64,000 nucleotides of DNA from Camelus ferus (lineage: Eukaryota), in contig NC_045725.1 in NCBI RefSeq assembly GCF_009834535.1, positions 2,790,001-2,854,000 on the forward strand. Direction: 5' to 3'. This document shows, one piece after another, positions 49,869 through 62,074 of this stretch. Made by a program: the position numbers and the translations under genes. The notes under the pieces are model-generated. The model did not search any database, was not told where the DNA came from, and saw nothing but the letters and a program-made list of their open reading frames with translations. Numbering within the stretch: position 1 is the first letter of the stretch; each line of letters opens with the position of its first letter.

Positions 49869-52800
49869 CCCTCAAATTTCTTTTAAAAGAAAAACAAATT
49901 ACAACTCTTTTTAATGGATGTTTTTCTTCCCCTTTTACAAGTTAAGTTTAACTTGATCTGATTTTGTCTGTGCACACAGGAGAATCCCTGGGTGCCCTAA
50001 GGGGCAAGCACCATCTTGGTGGGGCTGCTGCAGGCGGGGGCGGTGAACACAGCCCAGCAGTGGGGCACTCAGTGCGTCGAGGCCCCCGAGAGGCCCTCTG
50101 GGGGACAGTGCTGAGCAGGGGCAGAGTCCAGAGCCTCTGGAAGGCCTCGGGGGACATGGCCTCTGAGCTGACCCTGGGATGCCAGACAAGTGCGGCTGTG
50201 TCCCCACGGAGCAGCCCTGTGGCAGGAGGCCAGGGCCCTTGGCAGGGGGCTGGGGGTGGACGCTGTGCCGTGGCGGCAGAGCTGTAGGAAGGCAGGGTGG
50301 ACCTGACACTCAGAGAGCAGTCAAAGGCGGAGTTTGATTGCGATGTTAGTTTGGTCTTTGCCCATCAGCAGTGGGCAGAACCCAGGGTCCTGAGCATGGC
50401 CGATGGAGCCTCTGACCTGGAGGGTCTGCGAGGACAGGACCTCGGGGGAGCAGCCCGTCCAGGACGAGGCTGCAGAGCCAGAGTCCATGCAGTGGCCGCA
50501 GATGCAAAGGAGCCGTGATTGCCAGGTCAGCCTGGCTCCTGGCACTTGCCTTTCCAAACGTTTCCCCGGGTCGCAGCCACTCCCACGATGCTCCCAGGTC
50601 ACACAGAACCGCCGTCCCGACCTTCCCTCCCTCACAACGCTGCACTCACCAGCCCAGCAGCCTGTCTGCATGCATGGGCTTTCGGCGAGGTGCTGAGTTC
50701 TGCAGCATCCACGGGGCCCTGGGGCCCTCCCTGTCCCAAGGTGGTCACAAGCAGTGGTCAAGGTTAGCCCCGTGAACCACGTCCGTCCCCGGGACTTGAA
50801 ACTGGGCAGTGTAGTAAGGACTCAGCATTTAAACACGGGCCGAGACCACCAGCATCCAGGGAGCGGATTCACTCCCTGAAGGAGGGGGGACTTGCACGCC
50901 CCAAAGGGCGGATGGGGGCAGCGGAGTCGAGAATGCGGAAGTCGGGGTGCACGTGGCGTGAGCAGGAGTCGGGCCCAGGGAAGGTCGGGTGGGGCTGCTG
51001 GGGCAGGATCCAGGGGACCGTGGGGACCGGGCCGGTTGACGTGTGAGATTCTGGCCCCCAAACGTTTGGGCTAAGGGTGGGCACACTGACACGGGCTCTA
51101 GACAGCTGTAGGCCAGAGCAGCCTCCCCGAGGTCTGCGTCCCTTCTCACTCTGCTCAGAGTCCTCTTGGAAAGCACTGGGGTCAACCGATAGCCCTCACA
51201 TCCCAAGCACCAAGCACTAGCTCAGCGCATCACAGTGTGCAGAGTATGCCTGGAGATTAAAGGCTTTATCCTCAGTCAGCACCCTCTACGGATGGCACTT
51301 CGCGTGCTGCATTTAGACGTTTGTAGAGATTCAGGCCAGAAGGGATGTTGCAGCCCCCTCCAGCCCGCCTGTGAGGGATGCAGGCTTGGTGATCGCCGGT
51401 GAGCGAGGCAGCCGCACCACCTAGGTGCCCGAGGGCCTGCGCCTGCACCCGGAAGGTGACATCATGCGGCTGTGTCCTTCAGCGTCTTCAGTAACCAGGA
51501 CCCGTCGGAAATAACCCAGAACTTGTAGGAAATGAGCCCTAATTGTCTTGTGATGAAAATTTAAAATGTCACAGTGAGATTCAAGGAGATCAATTTTTCT
51601 TCAGCTTTGGAGAACTTTGTAATATGCACACATCAGTATCTGTGTGTGTGGATTTATTTCCATGATGTGCAAATGTTGACTTTCTGGTTGGGATAATTTC
51701 CTTATGAAATTATCAATTTATTCAAGGTTCATGCAACAAAACATAAAAACGTTATGAGCACCCATTGTGATTAAGTTAGAATTTTCATGAATAAATCTTT
51801 TAAAGAGTCAACCCCACTGCATGAGTAAACATGGAATATTTTCCATTTCTTTAGTCAAATACCCAATAAAATGTGAGCTGTGTCTGATTATATATGATCT
51901 TGATAAACTGCCTCAAAACGATTTCTAAACAAGAACATAAGCTGAAAAGCCATTAACATGTTAGCATGCACTTTACTAAAACAGGTAGCGCAGCCAGCGA
52001 AGAGCTTCCCAGCAGCTGTCTTTATAGCTGGTATCTTGGAACATTTCCTTTTTTCTGTTAATCTAATTAAAACATCACCTTTTCTTCATCTGAAAAATCA
52101 TGTTTTATCAGCTGAGGGTCTTTTTTACGTCTTTCACTGAATATTTCTTCACTTGCAGAGTCTTCAAGTTATTTTTATCCCTAAAAAGGGCAGCAGCTAA
52201 CACTGGCTGGTACGGGGCTGGCCCTTCCTCGGAGCTGGGAGGCCGCTTGTGAAAAGCAGGCATTGTGTGAGAAGCCCATCCTGCTCTAGACATTTGACAC
52301 CATTGTTTCTGCCGCTTCCAGGGACAGAAAGTGTGCAGGACAGATCTGCAACTGTCCCCGGAGCAGCTCTAAAAATAACGCTCCCGCTTACGGAAACGCC
52401 CGGTAGAAATGTATCGATCGTTTTCCCCACTGTGAGCCGTCAACTACGCCGGTCCCGCCAAAAGAGAGTCAGTTGAAAAGGCGAACGCTTCTGACTAGTT
52501 TTTCCAGTAACAAATGTCAGAGCATCCTCCAAATACTCATGAAATGGGATAAATGTCTTTAGGAGTGTGTGTTGGTTAAACATGAGGTTCTGTTTGAGCT
52601 CAGAGGAAGGACGCCCGCCAAAGCCAGGTAATCGCGGACCCTCTTCCTTTGAGGAAAGAAAAGCAACTGAGACCAAAGGTCACGTTTTTCTAAAGACCAA
52701 GGACACGGCTTCTGGCATCTGTGCCCTTGGCTGAGAGGATCACAAAGCACACCACTTTCTGCACACATCCCTCACCTTTCTTTACTTTTCAACAATTGCA

Positions 52801-53920
52801 AGCAATACTGAATATTCACACATTCCACAAAAAGCCCAGGGAGGTCACAGAAAGCGACGGGCATGCCCGTTTCCTTGTGAACCAGCGGCGTGTCTGCGTC
52901 TCCGCAGGGCCGAACTCCAGGCTGACTTTTGGTGATTCCACGGCTACTAGAAATTTCACAGTGTTCACTGGTTGCCAATTAATAATGCAGGATCTGCGGC
53001 CCTGATCTGTTTGGTTTTCTGCATGTCTGTAATCGGTAATTCTTCCAAAAGAGTCTAATAGCACCTGATTATTTAGCAAACAAACCTCAGAATTGCAAGG
53101 GAGGAAGAAAGATAATATGAGACGACTCCAGCTTTCGCTTCTTGAGGAGTGCAGGGCAGTGTGAGGCGAGTTAGGTGCACATGCATACAGGGAGCTGGGC
53201 TTTACCGCGTGTGTGTGCCTTCTGTATAAATGAACAGCTTCCTCAAGGATCAGAGCCTTTACCTGTTGGAAGGGGAATGAAAGTCAAGTGCGAGACAAGG
53301 TCGCACAGGCTCAGACAAGTGATCGCGCGTGACGGGCGTTCTCTGAACTCGGATGTCCTGGGTCTGACAGGGTCACCTGTAAGGCGTTTACTCTGGTGGC
53401 CGGGAAGGTGCAGCTTCGCCTCCGAGTCTCCTTCTGGCCCTTTCCTTGCTCCAGCTGCTCAGGGGTGGAGGCTTCGCCGCCGCTACCTGATCTGCACATC
53501 TCTAAGAGACGGCTCTGCCCTCGCAGCCGTCCAGTCAGATTAGGCCACGCCGTTCACCCGTTCCCCATCACCTTGTGAGTCCGGGCCCTTGCGCCCCACC
53601 CCCTGGGTCCCCGCGGAGGTTCCCGGGTGGCCCGGGTGTGACCGACTGTACCGTATCCCGGGGGCTGGGTTCCCTTTGGCACATCCATCTTCTCGTTTGA
53701 AAACAGCTGTCATTAGTTTCATTCATGAAATTAAAACTAAGTGTGCTTTTTAAAACCACCTTCCATGTCAAGTCCAAAGCTTCAGTGGTACAGAGAACAT
53801 CTTACTGTAGTCACTTGCACTGTAGGCACAAAAAGTGAGTTCTTTCCTGCGCGGTAGGCTCTCAGACTCTGCTTCTCCTGACGCTGCGTGGCGTTAATCC
53901 TCAGGTCTCCTGGTAAGGCT

Positions 53921-54040
53921 GCACTGGCTCCCGTTCCTCCTGTAACTCCTGTTCCCCCTGTTCCCCTGTTACTGTTACACTGGCCCCTGTAACTCCTGTT
54001 ACTGTTACACTGACCCCTGTTCCTCCGGTTTCTCCTGTTC
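53921..54040. repeat. Minisatellite of CCTGTW-based ~9-bp units with a 30-bp higher-order duplication
   Basis: CCTGTAACT/CCTGTTCCC/CCTGTTA units; CCTGTTACTGTTACACTGRCCCCTGT at 53965-53990 and 53995-54020. Confidence 0.8.
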
Positions 54041-54067
54041 TTAGAACTTAGATCTACATTGTAGCCC

Positions 54068-54372
54068 AAGGAGGTCAGCAGACGTCTTCTGTAAAGGGGC
54101 AGGTGGTCGACGTTGCAGGCTCTGCGGACCCCACGGTCCCCATCATTGCTGACTCTGCTCTGCCCTGGGAGCCCAGAAGTAGCCAAAGATGATTTTGTCA
54201 GCACACAAGTGAGGCTGTGTGCCAGTGAAACTTTATTTATGTGTTGTGAAATCCTATTTTTTTTTTTTTTCCTTTTTAACCATTTAAGAAGGAAAGCACA
54301 TTCTCAGCCCCGGGGCTGTGACACCACAGGTGGCCCAGATTGGGTCTAGGGAGTCGTGTGTGACACCTTCTG
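54068..54372 (+). mobile_element. MER58B-like hAT-Charlie DNA transposon
   Basis: TTCTGTAAAGGGGCAG...GGCTGTGTGCCAGTGAAACTTTATTTATG...TTTTAACCATTTAAG...CATTCTCAGC matches MER58B landmarks. Confidence 0.75.
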
Positions 54373-55059
54373 CTTCGTTGGCGTGGAGGCCAGCTGCCGG
54401 CGAATCCGTTGATTCCTGCTCAGTACAGAATGCAAAGGAAAAGCCCTGCTTGTCATAAAATGTCCTGCACTTGAGAAACATTACATGGAAAGCTGGCAGG
54501 TGCTCTGTGTTCCGAGTCCCCTGGATGGCTGTTCACAGACACTGCCCTCGCCCCCCAGTTTCTCATCTGTGGGTCGGGCATGGGGGCCACGGAACAGGCA
54601 CTTCTGGCTCCCGGGTGTTGACCTCTCATGACACCCTCTCTCTCCCTCTGTCCCCAGTCCTAATGTTTATCCCCTAAAGCTCTCAGGGATCCGCACTGGG
54701 CCCCTGCCCCGTCCCCAGACCCCGCCCAGGAGGCCGACCTCCCTCGCCTGGGCTGCCCCGTGATGTCTCTGCTGTTCTCAGGTGCCCACTCTTCTCAGCA
54801 GAGCCAGAGGGACTTTCTGAAAATGTCAATTTGATTATGCTGCTTCTGAGTTTGAAGAGCCCCCCGTAGCACTGCACACTTTTGGAACAAAGAACAAACC
54901 CTTTTCGTGGCCTTCAGCAGCCAGCGAGCCCACGCTCGGCCTGCCACCCGCCGCCACCCCCAGCTCTGCCCAAAGCCCCAGCCCCTCCCGTCTGGCTAAT
55001 TCCTTCTCACCCCACAGCCAGGGCCGTGCCCCGCCCGAGGCCCTCCCACTGATGAGATT

Positions 55060-55400
55060 GTCTCTGTCACCCTACTGCCATCAAGGTGCCGGCCAGGTCA
55101 GCCCTCACCTGCAGTCTGGGGGAAGTCCACCTCCAGGCGCACACAGGTTGCTGGCAGAATTCAGCCCTGAGTCGTTTCAGGGGTGCGGTCCCCGTTTCCT
55201 TGCTGGCTGTCAGCTGGGGTCACCCTCAGGTCCTAGAGGCCACTCTCTCGACCCTACCCATGGTCCTTCCTGTTCTTAAGCCGGCAGCGATGCTCCCCAT
55301 CCTTCTCATGCTTGGGTGGCAATCTCCCTGACCAGCTCCTGTCACCAGCCGGAGCAAACTCTGTCTTCCAAAGGCTCCCGTGGTTGGTTCAACAGTCCCA
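55060..55400 (-). mobile_element. MaLR LTR fragment (MLT1-type)
   Basis: ATCAAGGTGCCGGCCAGG...GTTGCTGGCAGAATTCAG...TTCCTTGCTGGCTGTCAGCTGGGG...CCTAGAGGCCACTCTC. Confidence 0.65.
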
Positions 55401-55502
55401 GATAACCTCCTTTTGCCGTATGACATGACAATGTACAGGGGTGAGGGTTATGGGCGCCCATTCTTAGAATTCTACCTACAGAGGCATGAAATGAACGTTG
55501 GC

Positions 55503-55622
55503 TAGATGGATGGATGGGTGGGTGGATGGGTAGGTGGTGAGTGGGTAGATGGGGTGGATGAGTGATGGCTGGGTGAGCGGGTGGGTGCATAAATGGAGAG
55601 GTGGATGGGTGGGTGGGTGGGA
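55503..55622. repeat. (TGGA/TGGG)n tetranucleotide-derived G-rich repeat
   Basis: TAGATGGATGGATGGGTGGGTGGATGGGTAGG...GGTGGATGGGTGGGTGGGTGGG. Confidence 0.85.
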
Positions 55623-55679
55623 AATGTATGGGAATTTACACAAGGAATTCCCAGACTAGTTTTATAACTATCATAATAA

Positions 55680-55880
55680 TAGCAACAGTAATGACAAAAG
55701 CCCCCGCTGAGCACTTACTGGCGTCAGTGCTCAGAACATGCTGTCACGCGTCCCACAGGGGCTCGTCAGAACAATGACACGAGGAGGCACCTGAGGCGTA
55801 GAGGTTAAATCAGGTGCTCAAAGTCACATCATAGATGGTAGAACCAAGAATCAAAGTCCACTGGGTTTGACCCCAGCGGA
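55680..55880 (-). mobile_element. MIR fragment
   Basis: AATAGCAAC...CTGAGCACTTAC...CCTGAGGCGTAGAGGTTAAATC...AAAGTCACATC...GGTAGAACCAAGAATCAAA. Confidence 0.6.
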
Positions 55881-56329
55881 CTCCAGCCTTGCAGGCCAAA
55901 TTCAGTTTAACTCTACTGTCATTTGCTTAGCACCAGGGTGTAAAATTGGCCTTGGGGGTGGGAGTACATTTTTCAGCTTATTTCCCCTCCCCTGAAAAGC
56001 AGTTCTTAGTGGCACCTGTGATGCCACTTTCTTGGGGGAATTCCGCACCCTCTCGGGCCTGCCCCCGGTCAGCACAGAGTCACCGGGAGAACCCCCAGAG
56101 GCGGCACAAGGAGCAGAGCCGCATGGGTCTCGGGCTCCTGGGAATCTCAGTGTCTGGATGCCGACTGTGTTTGGGAAGCTGGGCCCGTGGCCTGTCACGC
56201 TGGTTGTGTGATGGAGAAACCGGGCCCCTGAGGAGCAGGCTCCCCGTGGAGCCCCAGGGCTGCCTCTCCCGTGACCCCATCCCTGCTGTGGGAGGGGTCA
56301 AGGTGCGAGCTATTTCGAGCAAATAAAAA

Positions 56330-56520
56330 CTATATGTTCTGGGTGCACAAAGGAGGCATTCGTGTGAGATGGGTGGGTTGATAGGATTCGTTGGTGGAGA
56401 AGTTTTAAAGAAATCTCCGCGGGTCGCCTGCGGGCGGCTGCATGCCTCTCATAGATGCAGAATTTCTGCCGTAGCAAATCCACGGGCCACAACCATGGGC
56501 CTCTTTGTTTCTTGGCCCTC
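56330..56520. promoter_or_regulatory. Candidate SOX10/EGR2 enhancer (M4 Schwann-cell-enhancer-like), about -7.4 kb from the classic TSS
   Basis: Inverted SOX pair ACAAAG-gagg-CATTCG (56347-56362) next to GATGGGTGGG, plus CTTTGT at 56503. The position fits the known M1-M4 module order. Confidence 0.45.
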
Positions 56521-58758
56521 TCTGGTGACCCCAGGAGCAGCGAGCCAGGGCCAAAAGTATTCCACAAACAAGAAGGGTCCTCTTAGCCCTGGCCCACACT
56601 GGCAAATTCCACAGTGCCACGGGCCCAGGAGCATGGCCAGCTCCTCTGCAGAGAGTGGCCTGGCTGCATCAGAGACACACAGGTGCCCCGCGCCCCTCTG
56701 GCTCAGATGGGGCATCCAGCCAAGTGCAGTGTGAGCTGGGAAGGATGGCTCCCTCTCGCCCTTCCGCCTGCCAGCCTGCACGCCTGGCCCCGTGCTTTAA
56801 ACCTGAGGTTCTGCCTAAGGCACTGAGCTCACAGCCTGGTTTGTGGCTGTCAGTGTAAGGCAGCCCCCTTGCAGGATGGGGCCCCCTGTCTTCACTTGAC
56901 AGACAGGAGCTCTGGTCCCCAGCCTGGCCGTCCCTAGTACAAGCTGCTCTTTGCAGCCAAAGCCTGGCTCTTCCGTCGAGGCCGCTTCAGGGAGGAGAGA
57001 TGCCGGATCTGTGTTTGATCGGAGCCCAGCAGACCGCACACCGGGCAACCAGTGCAGCACCTCCAGCCCCGACCCAGATGGAGAGGGGTTGACGGTCCAC
57101 AGACGGAACAGGTGTGTTGCTGTCTTGTGTGCGTTATCATGTGAGATGGGACAAGGCGTTCTCCTGTCGGATAACATACATCAGCACGCCCTATGTCAAG
57201 AAAGTAGAAATGGAAATTTCGCTCAGATAGTCAACGACCAATTTCATACCATCAACCGAAAATGAGACTCTGGCCAGGGCTCAGGTCGACCTGATGTACC
57301 AGTGTCTGCTCCTTTTTCTCCAGCTTCCCTGGCACCTCTGCTTGGAGGGGAACTGGAGCATATTCTGCAGAAGGAAGCGGAGGTTCTGAGTGGTGCCCGA
57401 TGGGCTGGGAGGGGACAGTCAAGGCCGGCGGGGTTCCTTGTCTGGAGTTACTGCTTATCCGCAAAGCTTCCCCGGGTAAAAGTTCCACCACTGCAGACCC
57501 AAACCATCTTCCCACCAGAAGAGAACCACAACCTACGAAGACCACTCGAGGAAAGCTGTGCTGTGTATTTCAGTTTGGGGGCCGAGCTCCTGCATCGTTT
57601 TTTCTGGGCTTTTGGAAACAGCATCGCCTTCTCTTGGTTTTTCAGAAACAGGGTCCCTTCTGCAATGGGCTGGAGCATTGGATAACGTCTCCGTAGTTCG
57701 TACCACCGCCTCTGTACCCCTTACGGCTTCCTTGACTGTGACGGACGTGACTTCAGATTTCCTCTCCTCTTCTGATCCAGGTCGCCCTCCCTGAAAGGAC
57801 TTGCCCTGGGTCCAGGCATCCTTACTTTGCCACATTGACTTGCCCCGGAGAGACAGGGCCTGAGACAGTGTCAGCTGTGGTCACCTGCGTTGTGCGGTGC
57901 CTTCTACGGTCTCAGTCATCTGTAAGATACTGCTTGATGCAAAAAGTATATGAGTTTAAAAAAAGTAAGTTAAAAATATAAGTTAAAAACCGTGAGTTGA
58001 AAAACAGCAAATCGAATACCAAATGACTAAAGCTTTCCTGCGTTTTGTGGCTTCCACAGTGACGGCGCCTTGCATCTGTTCTTCGCCGCTGCTTCAAGTT
58101 AGAAGGGCTCAATCTCAACAGCTGGGGAAGTAGCCATTTTGGTGCCTCTGGACGTATGGATGTGTTTTGGGTTAACAGCTCCTAAGGGGACCGTGAGCTG
58201 GGAAACCAGAGTGTGAGTCACTTCAGGAGACAGCTGCTCAGTGCGCCAGGACAGGGGGCTCACAGCTGCTCCGAGCTCTGTGTATTTAGAGGGACATTCC
58301 CGAGGGCCCCGGCGCCCGCGTCCCCATCCTGGTGCAAAGGTCCTCCCAGCCCAGGAGGAGACCGCCCTCTACAGAGCCTCCCAGGCCAGGTTGCTGCGGG
58401 CTTGTCTCTGAGCGGTTTCTGCCTCGGGCACCCAACGACACTGCAGCAGGGAAAGTGAAAAATAAAGGCTGGATGGCAGGGCCCCCGATGACCTGGGTGG
58501 ACCTCCTGACCACTGCCTGGGCATCTGTGTCAACAGGGCAAACCCCAGCTTGTCCTCCGCACTCCAGGCCCTGTCAGAGAGGACCAGGATGTGGTTTGGG
58601 GTTGGCGTCTACGGGGCATCTCAGGAGATCGTCTCCATCAGGCCCTCCAGGAAGAAGTGTGGGGCACAGTGAACTGGGAACCCGTGGCTTTGAGTCAGGA
58701 GAAGTCCCTGTGATGGGGCAGACCTAGCTAATCAGATGATTTTTGACTTTGGCTTTAG

Positions 58759-58881
58759 CGTTTGTCTGGGGCGGTGATTAGATTTGTTGATTGCTTTAGC
58801 AGCGGTACCAGGGATTGAACCAGGGCCGCGTGCGTGCTAAGCACGACTCTACCCCTGAACTGCAGCGCCCTCCCCTCCTGC
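58759..58881 (-). mobile_element. tRNA-derived SINE (Vic-1-like) with ~15-bp TSD
   Basis: Reverse-complement head GGGATTGAACC...CTCTACCCCTGAACTG. TSD TGACTTTGG(C/T)TTTAG at 58744-58758 and 58882-58896. Confidence 0.85.
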
Positions 58882-60209
58882 TGACTTTGGTTTTAGGGTT
58901 TGGTTTTTTTTTTTTTTTTTTTCCCTGTAATTTAATAAGAACTGAAAATCTTCCAAACAACTAAAATTGAAATCTGGGCTGTAAACCTAGTAAGATCTGC
59001 CACCAAAAATAGTTGTTTCATAAAGCCAAGGTTAAAACGTAGGTAAAAGCCCTCAAAATGAATAAACAAATTTTGTTATCTATCAAAATATCTGATGGAT
59101 GTCCTGTGGGGGGAAGTGAGTGTGTAGGAAGTGTTATATGTGCAAAAGCCCCTCTGCGGTCGGTGCTGGAGGCGGGAGGCAGGAAGCAGAGTGGGAGCTG
59201 AGAGTTCGGGCTGAAGTCAGTGTCGTTCTTGGGGCCAGAACTTTCACAGGCCAGGGAGTCTGCTGGATTCTTGAGTGTCCCAGAATCAAAAGCTGTGGAT
59301 CCTCTGGCCCAGAGACTGCAGCTGCCCACTCGCTCCACCCTGAGCAGCAGCGAGGGCCCAGCCCTGCCGGTGGCCTCCTGGGCAAGATGGGCCGTGGACA
59401 CGCGAGGAGCCCCTGGTTCCAACAGGGCGGGCCTCCCAGGCAGGTCAGGTCAGGGTCAGGGTGGGACGCGGGGCAGGCCCAGCGGCCTTGTCAGGACGAC
59501 AGAGGCCAAGGATAGGGAGAGGGGCGCGTGCGCTGGGACAGGGCCTGTCGGGCCTGTCAGGGCCCGAGGCAGGGGAGCCGCGGGCTGGAGATCATCACGG
59601 TCACGCCAGAGCGCTGTGCGGGGGGCACCCCGCACGCCATGAGACACAGGGGCTCAGCGGAGACCTTGCAGCAGACCCAGCTAAGGCGGCAAAAGGCAGC
59701 CGCGGTCAGCGGTGTGGCAGGCGGAGGCGATGCTGCGGACCCAGGGCGCCTGCCTGCTGGGATGCGGCAGGAGGGGAGCCCGCGACGCACGGGCCTCAGG
59801 GGTACCCGAGACTCTGGGTGGGAGCGTCCCTCAGGTGGTGACACCTGTGGTCTCTCTGGACAGTAGACGCTGCTCCACTAGCTCCGCCCTGTCCTGCCAG
59901 GTGTCTCTGTGGCCCAGAAACCCCTCTCCACTGTGTCTCAGAGACGGTCCGGGAAGCCGTGCCCTGACTTTCGCGTCACCATCCTCAAAAGTCCACTGCA
60001 TTTCCTGCGCTCCCCAGTTTTCTGGGGTCATTTTAGTGGAGAGATGAGGTGGGCTTCTTAAAGAAGTTTTCTTGCAGTTTCCTACAGAATCTGAACACCG
60101 AGAGAGCGCCTCACACGTGCACGTTCTGGGAAAGCCGCATGCAGGCCTCTCCGGTCGTGCAGCAAGTGCTCCGCCCCGTGACTCGAGTCTGGATGAAAAC
60201 TCCGCACCG

Positions 60210-60480
60210 GGCTTTAATTTGAGTAAAGCTGTTATTAATTGACAAATTCAAACTGCACTTGTCCTTCCCCAAAATGCTGCAGATCCACAGATTTTCACTT
60301 CTCCCGGTGCCCCTTGTGTGCCGGGAGAAGCTACTCTCGGGACACAAATGCCCTTCTGTGCCTCACAAACAGCCATATTCAGAGACACAAAGGCTCACTG
60401 TAGTGAAAACGTTAGTATTCAGATGCGCTCGGGTTTCATTAATGCATTGAATCACGTACAATGCAGCCATTGCCGACTCT
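60210..60480. promoter_or_regulatory. Candidate oligodendrocyte enhancer (M3-like) with several SOXE dimer sites, about -3.3 kb
   Basis: ACAAAG-gct-CACTGT (60387-60401), ACAATG-cagc-CATTGC (60458-60473), weaker inverted pairs at 60241 and 60343, and homeodomain TAAT cores. Confidence 0.55.
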
Positions 60481-61669
60481 CTGCATTTGTGTTAACTTAT
60501 ATCAGCCACGCAAGCTGAAGCCCAGCGACAAAATCAGGCTCCTTCTGTGGGCACCTGTAGATGCGCACCGCGGCCCTGCAGAAGCCCGCAGCTCCGTGCC
60601 GGCCACGGCAGCTTCCAGTCGCTGCTTCGTGCTGCTGCGAGGCAGGGAGGGGTTAGATGGGAGATAAACATTGGTGTTCTCTGTGGCTGAATTTATCCGT
60701 GGCCGTGGAAGACGTGCCATATTCTTAGTGGTGTGTTTCTGAGGCTGGTGGCATGGCTGGCATTAGGCACAGCTGAGAGCTGTGCGCACCCACCCCAGGA
60801 GCAGGAGCAAGACGGCAGCAGGATCCCGGGGTCTGGCTGCTGGCCTTGCTCTGGGACCCCAGCAAACGTTTTCGATATCCCTGGGGAGTAAGTTTCTCTG
60901 CTTTGAAAACGTGGGTCAGTCTACTGACTTCATGGTGAGTGTCATTCATGGGACAGCCTCTTGACCCCTGCGACTTTGCTGGCAGAGTGTGGAGTCATTT
61001 GGCTTTTGTAATTTATGTATCTCTGAAGTGTGTGTTGTGGATATAAAAGCTTCCAGGTATTTGTAACGAAAGGAAACCACGCCCCTTGCCATCATCCCCC
61101 AGGTTGGCCGAAGCTTCTTGCCACCGCAGGACACAACCTTGGCCCTGCACCCTCCCTCTCCCTTGGACCGTAGCCACTCCCACCTGTGCTCACCTGCACC
61201 CCTCACCTGCAGCCTAGCTCACCTGCACCCGGGCTCACCTGCAGGCTGGGCTGAAGCTTCGCCTCCCTTGACATCTGGCCCCACCCGCACCCCGTTCCTT
61301 GGCTGTCTCTGGGTGCTTTCCTAGAAGATGTCATCACTTCACCTCAACCCTGGAAGTCCTGCACCGCCTGGTGATCTGTCTCAAACAACCCCTTCCCCCC
61401 TGCCCCCACCCTCTCCCCTCCCCCTCCCCACCCTCCGCTGGCCAGCTCCCTCTCACCTCAGGCCTTGCACAGGACACCCCCAGCTCCAGGCCTCTCTGCT
61501 TCTCCCTCCGGGACCAGCCCAGCTCGTTCCTGAGGAGCCCTGCCCGGGGCATCCTGCTCCGCAGACGGCACATCTCATTCACCCAGACGTTCCTCAAGCA
61601 GCCTCCCTGAGGCCCCCTATTTGGCTCTTCCCTTAAGTGCCTTACCTGACACGGAGTTACACATCATGC

Positions 61670-62068
61670 CTGCTTCCCGGGGTCACCACAGAAAAGGGCC
61701 CAGAGCGGGTGGCTTGGGGCAGCAGGAGCGTCTTCCCTCACAGTCCGGAGGCCAAGTCTGCGGCCAGGTGTGGCAGGGCCATGCTCTCCCGAGGCTCTGG
61801 AGACGCTCTGTCCCAGGTGTCCTGTAGACACCTCAGGCCAGCGTCTGCTCCCGTGGTCGCATGCCCGCTTCTCAGTGTCTGTGTCTGCATCCCACCCCCC
61901 TCTCCTTAGAGGGACAGCAGTCATTGGGTCAGGGCCCCCTCTTCAGTGTAACCCCATCTTGACTTGATGACTCTGCAAAAGACCCTATTTCCAAATAAGT
62001 TCACATTCACAGGTCTTGGGGGTCCGGGTGTGGGCACACCATCAGAGGGGACACTCAGCTCACAGCAT
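61670..62068 (-). mobile_element. MaLR LTR (MLT1-type)
   Basis: CCCTCACAGTCCGGAGGCCAAGTC...CAGGTGTGGCAGGGCCATGCTCTCCCGAGGCTCT...CTGCAAAAGACCCTATTTCCAAATAAGTTCACATTCACAGGT...GGGGACAC. Confidence 0.8.
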
Positions 62069-62074
62069 GCATTG

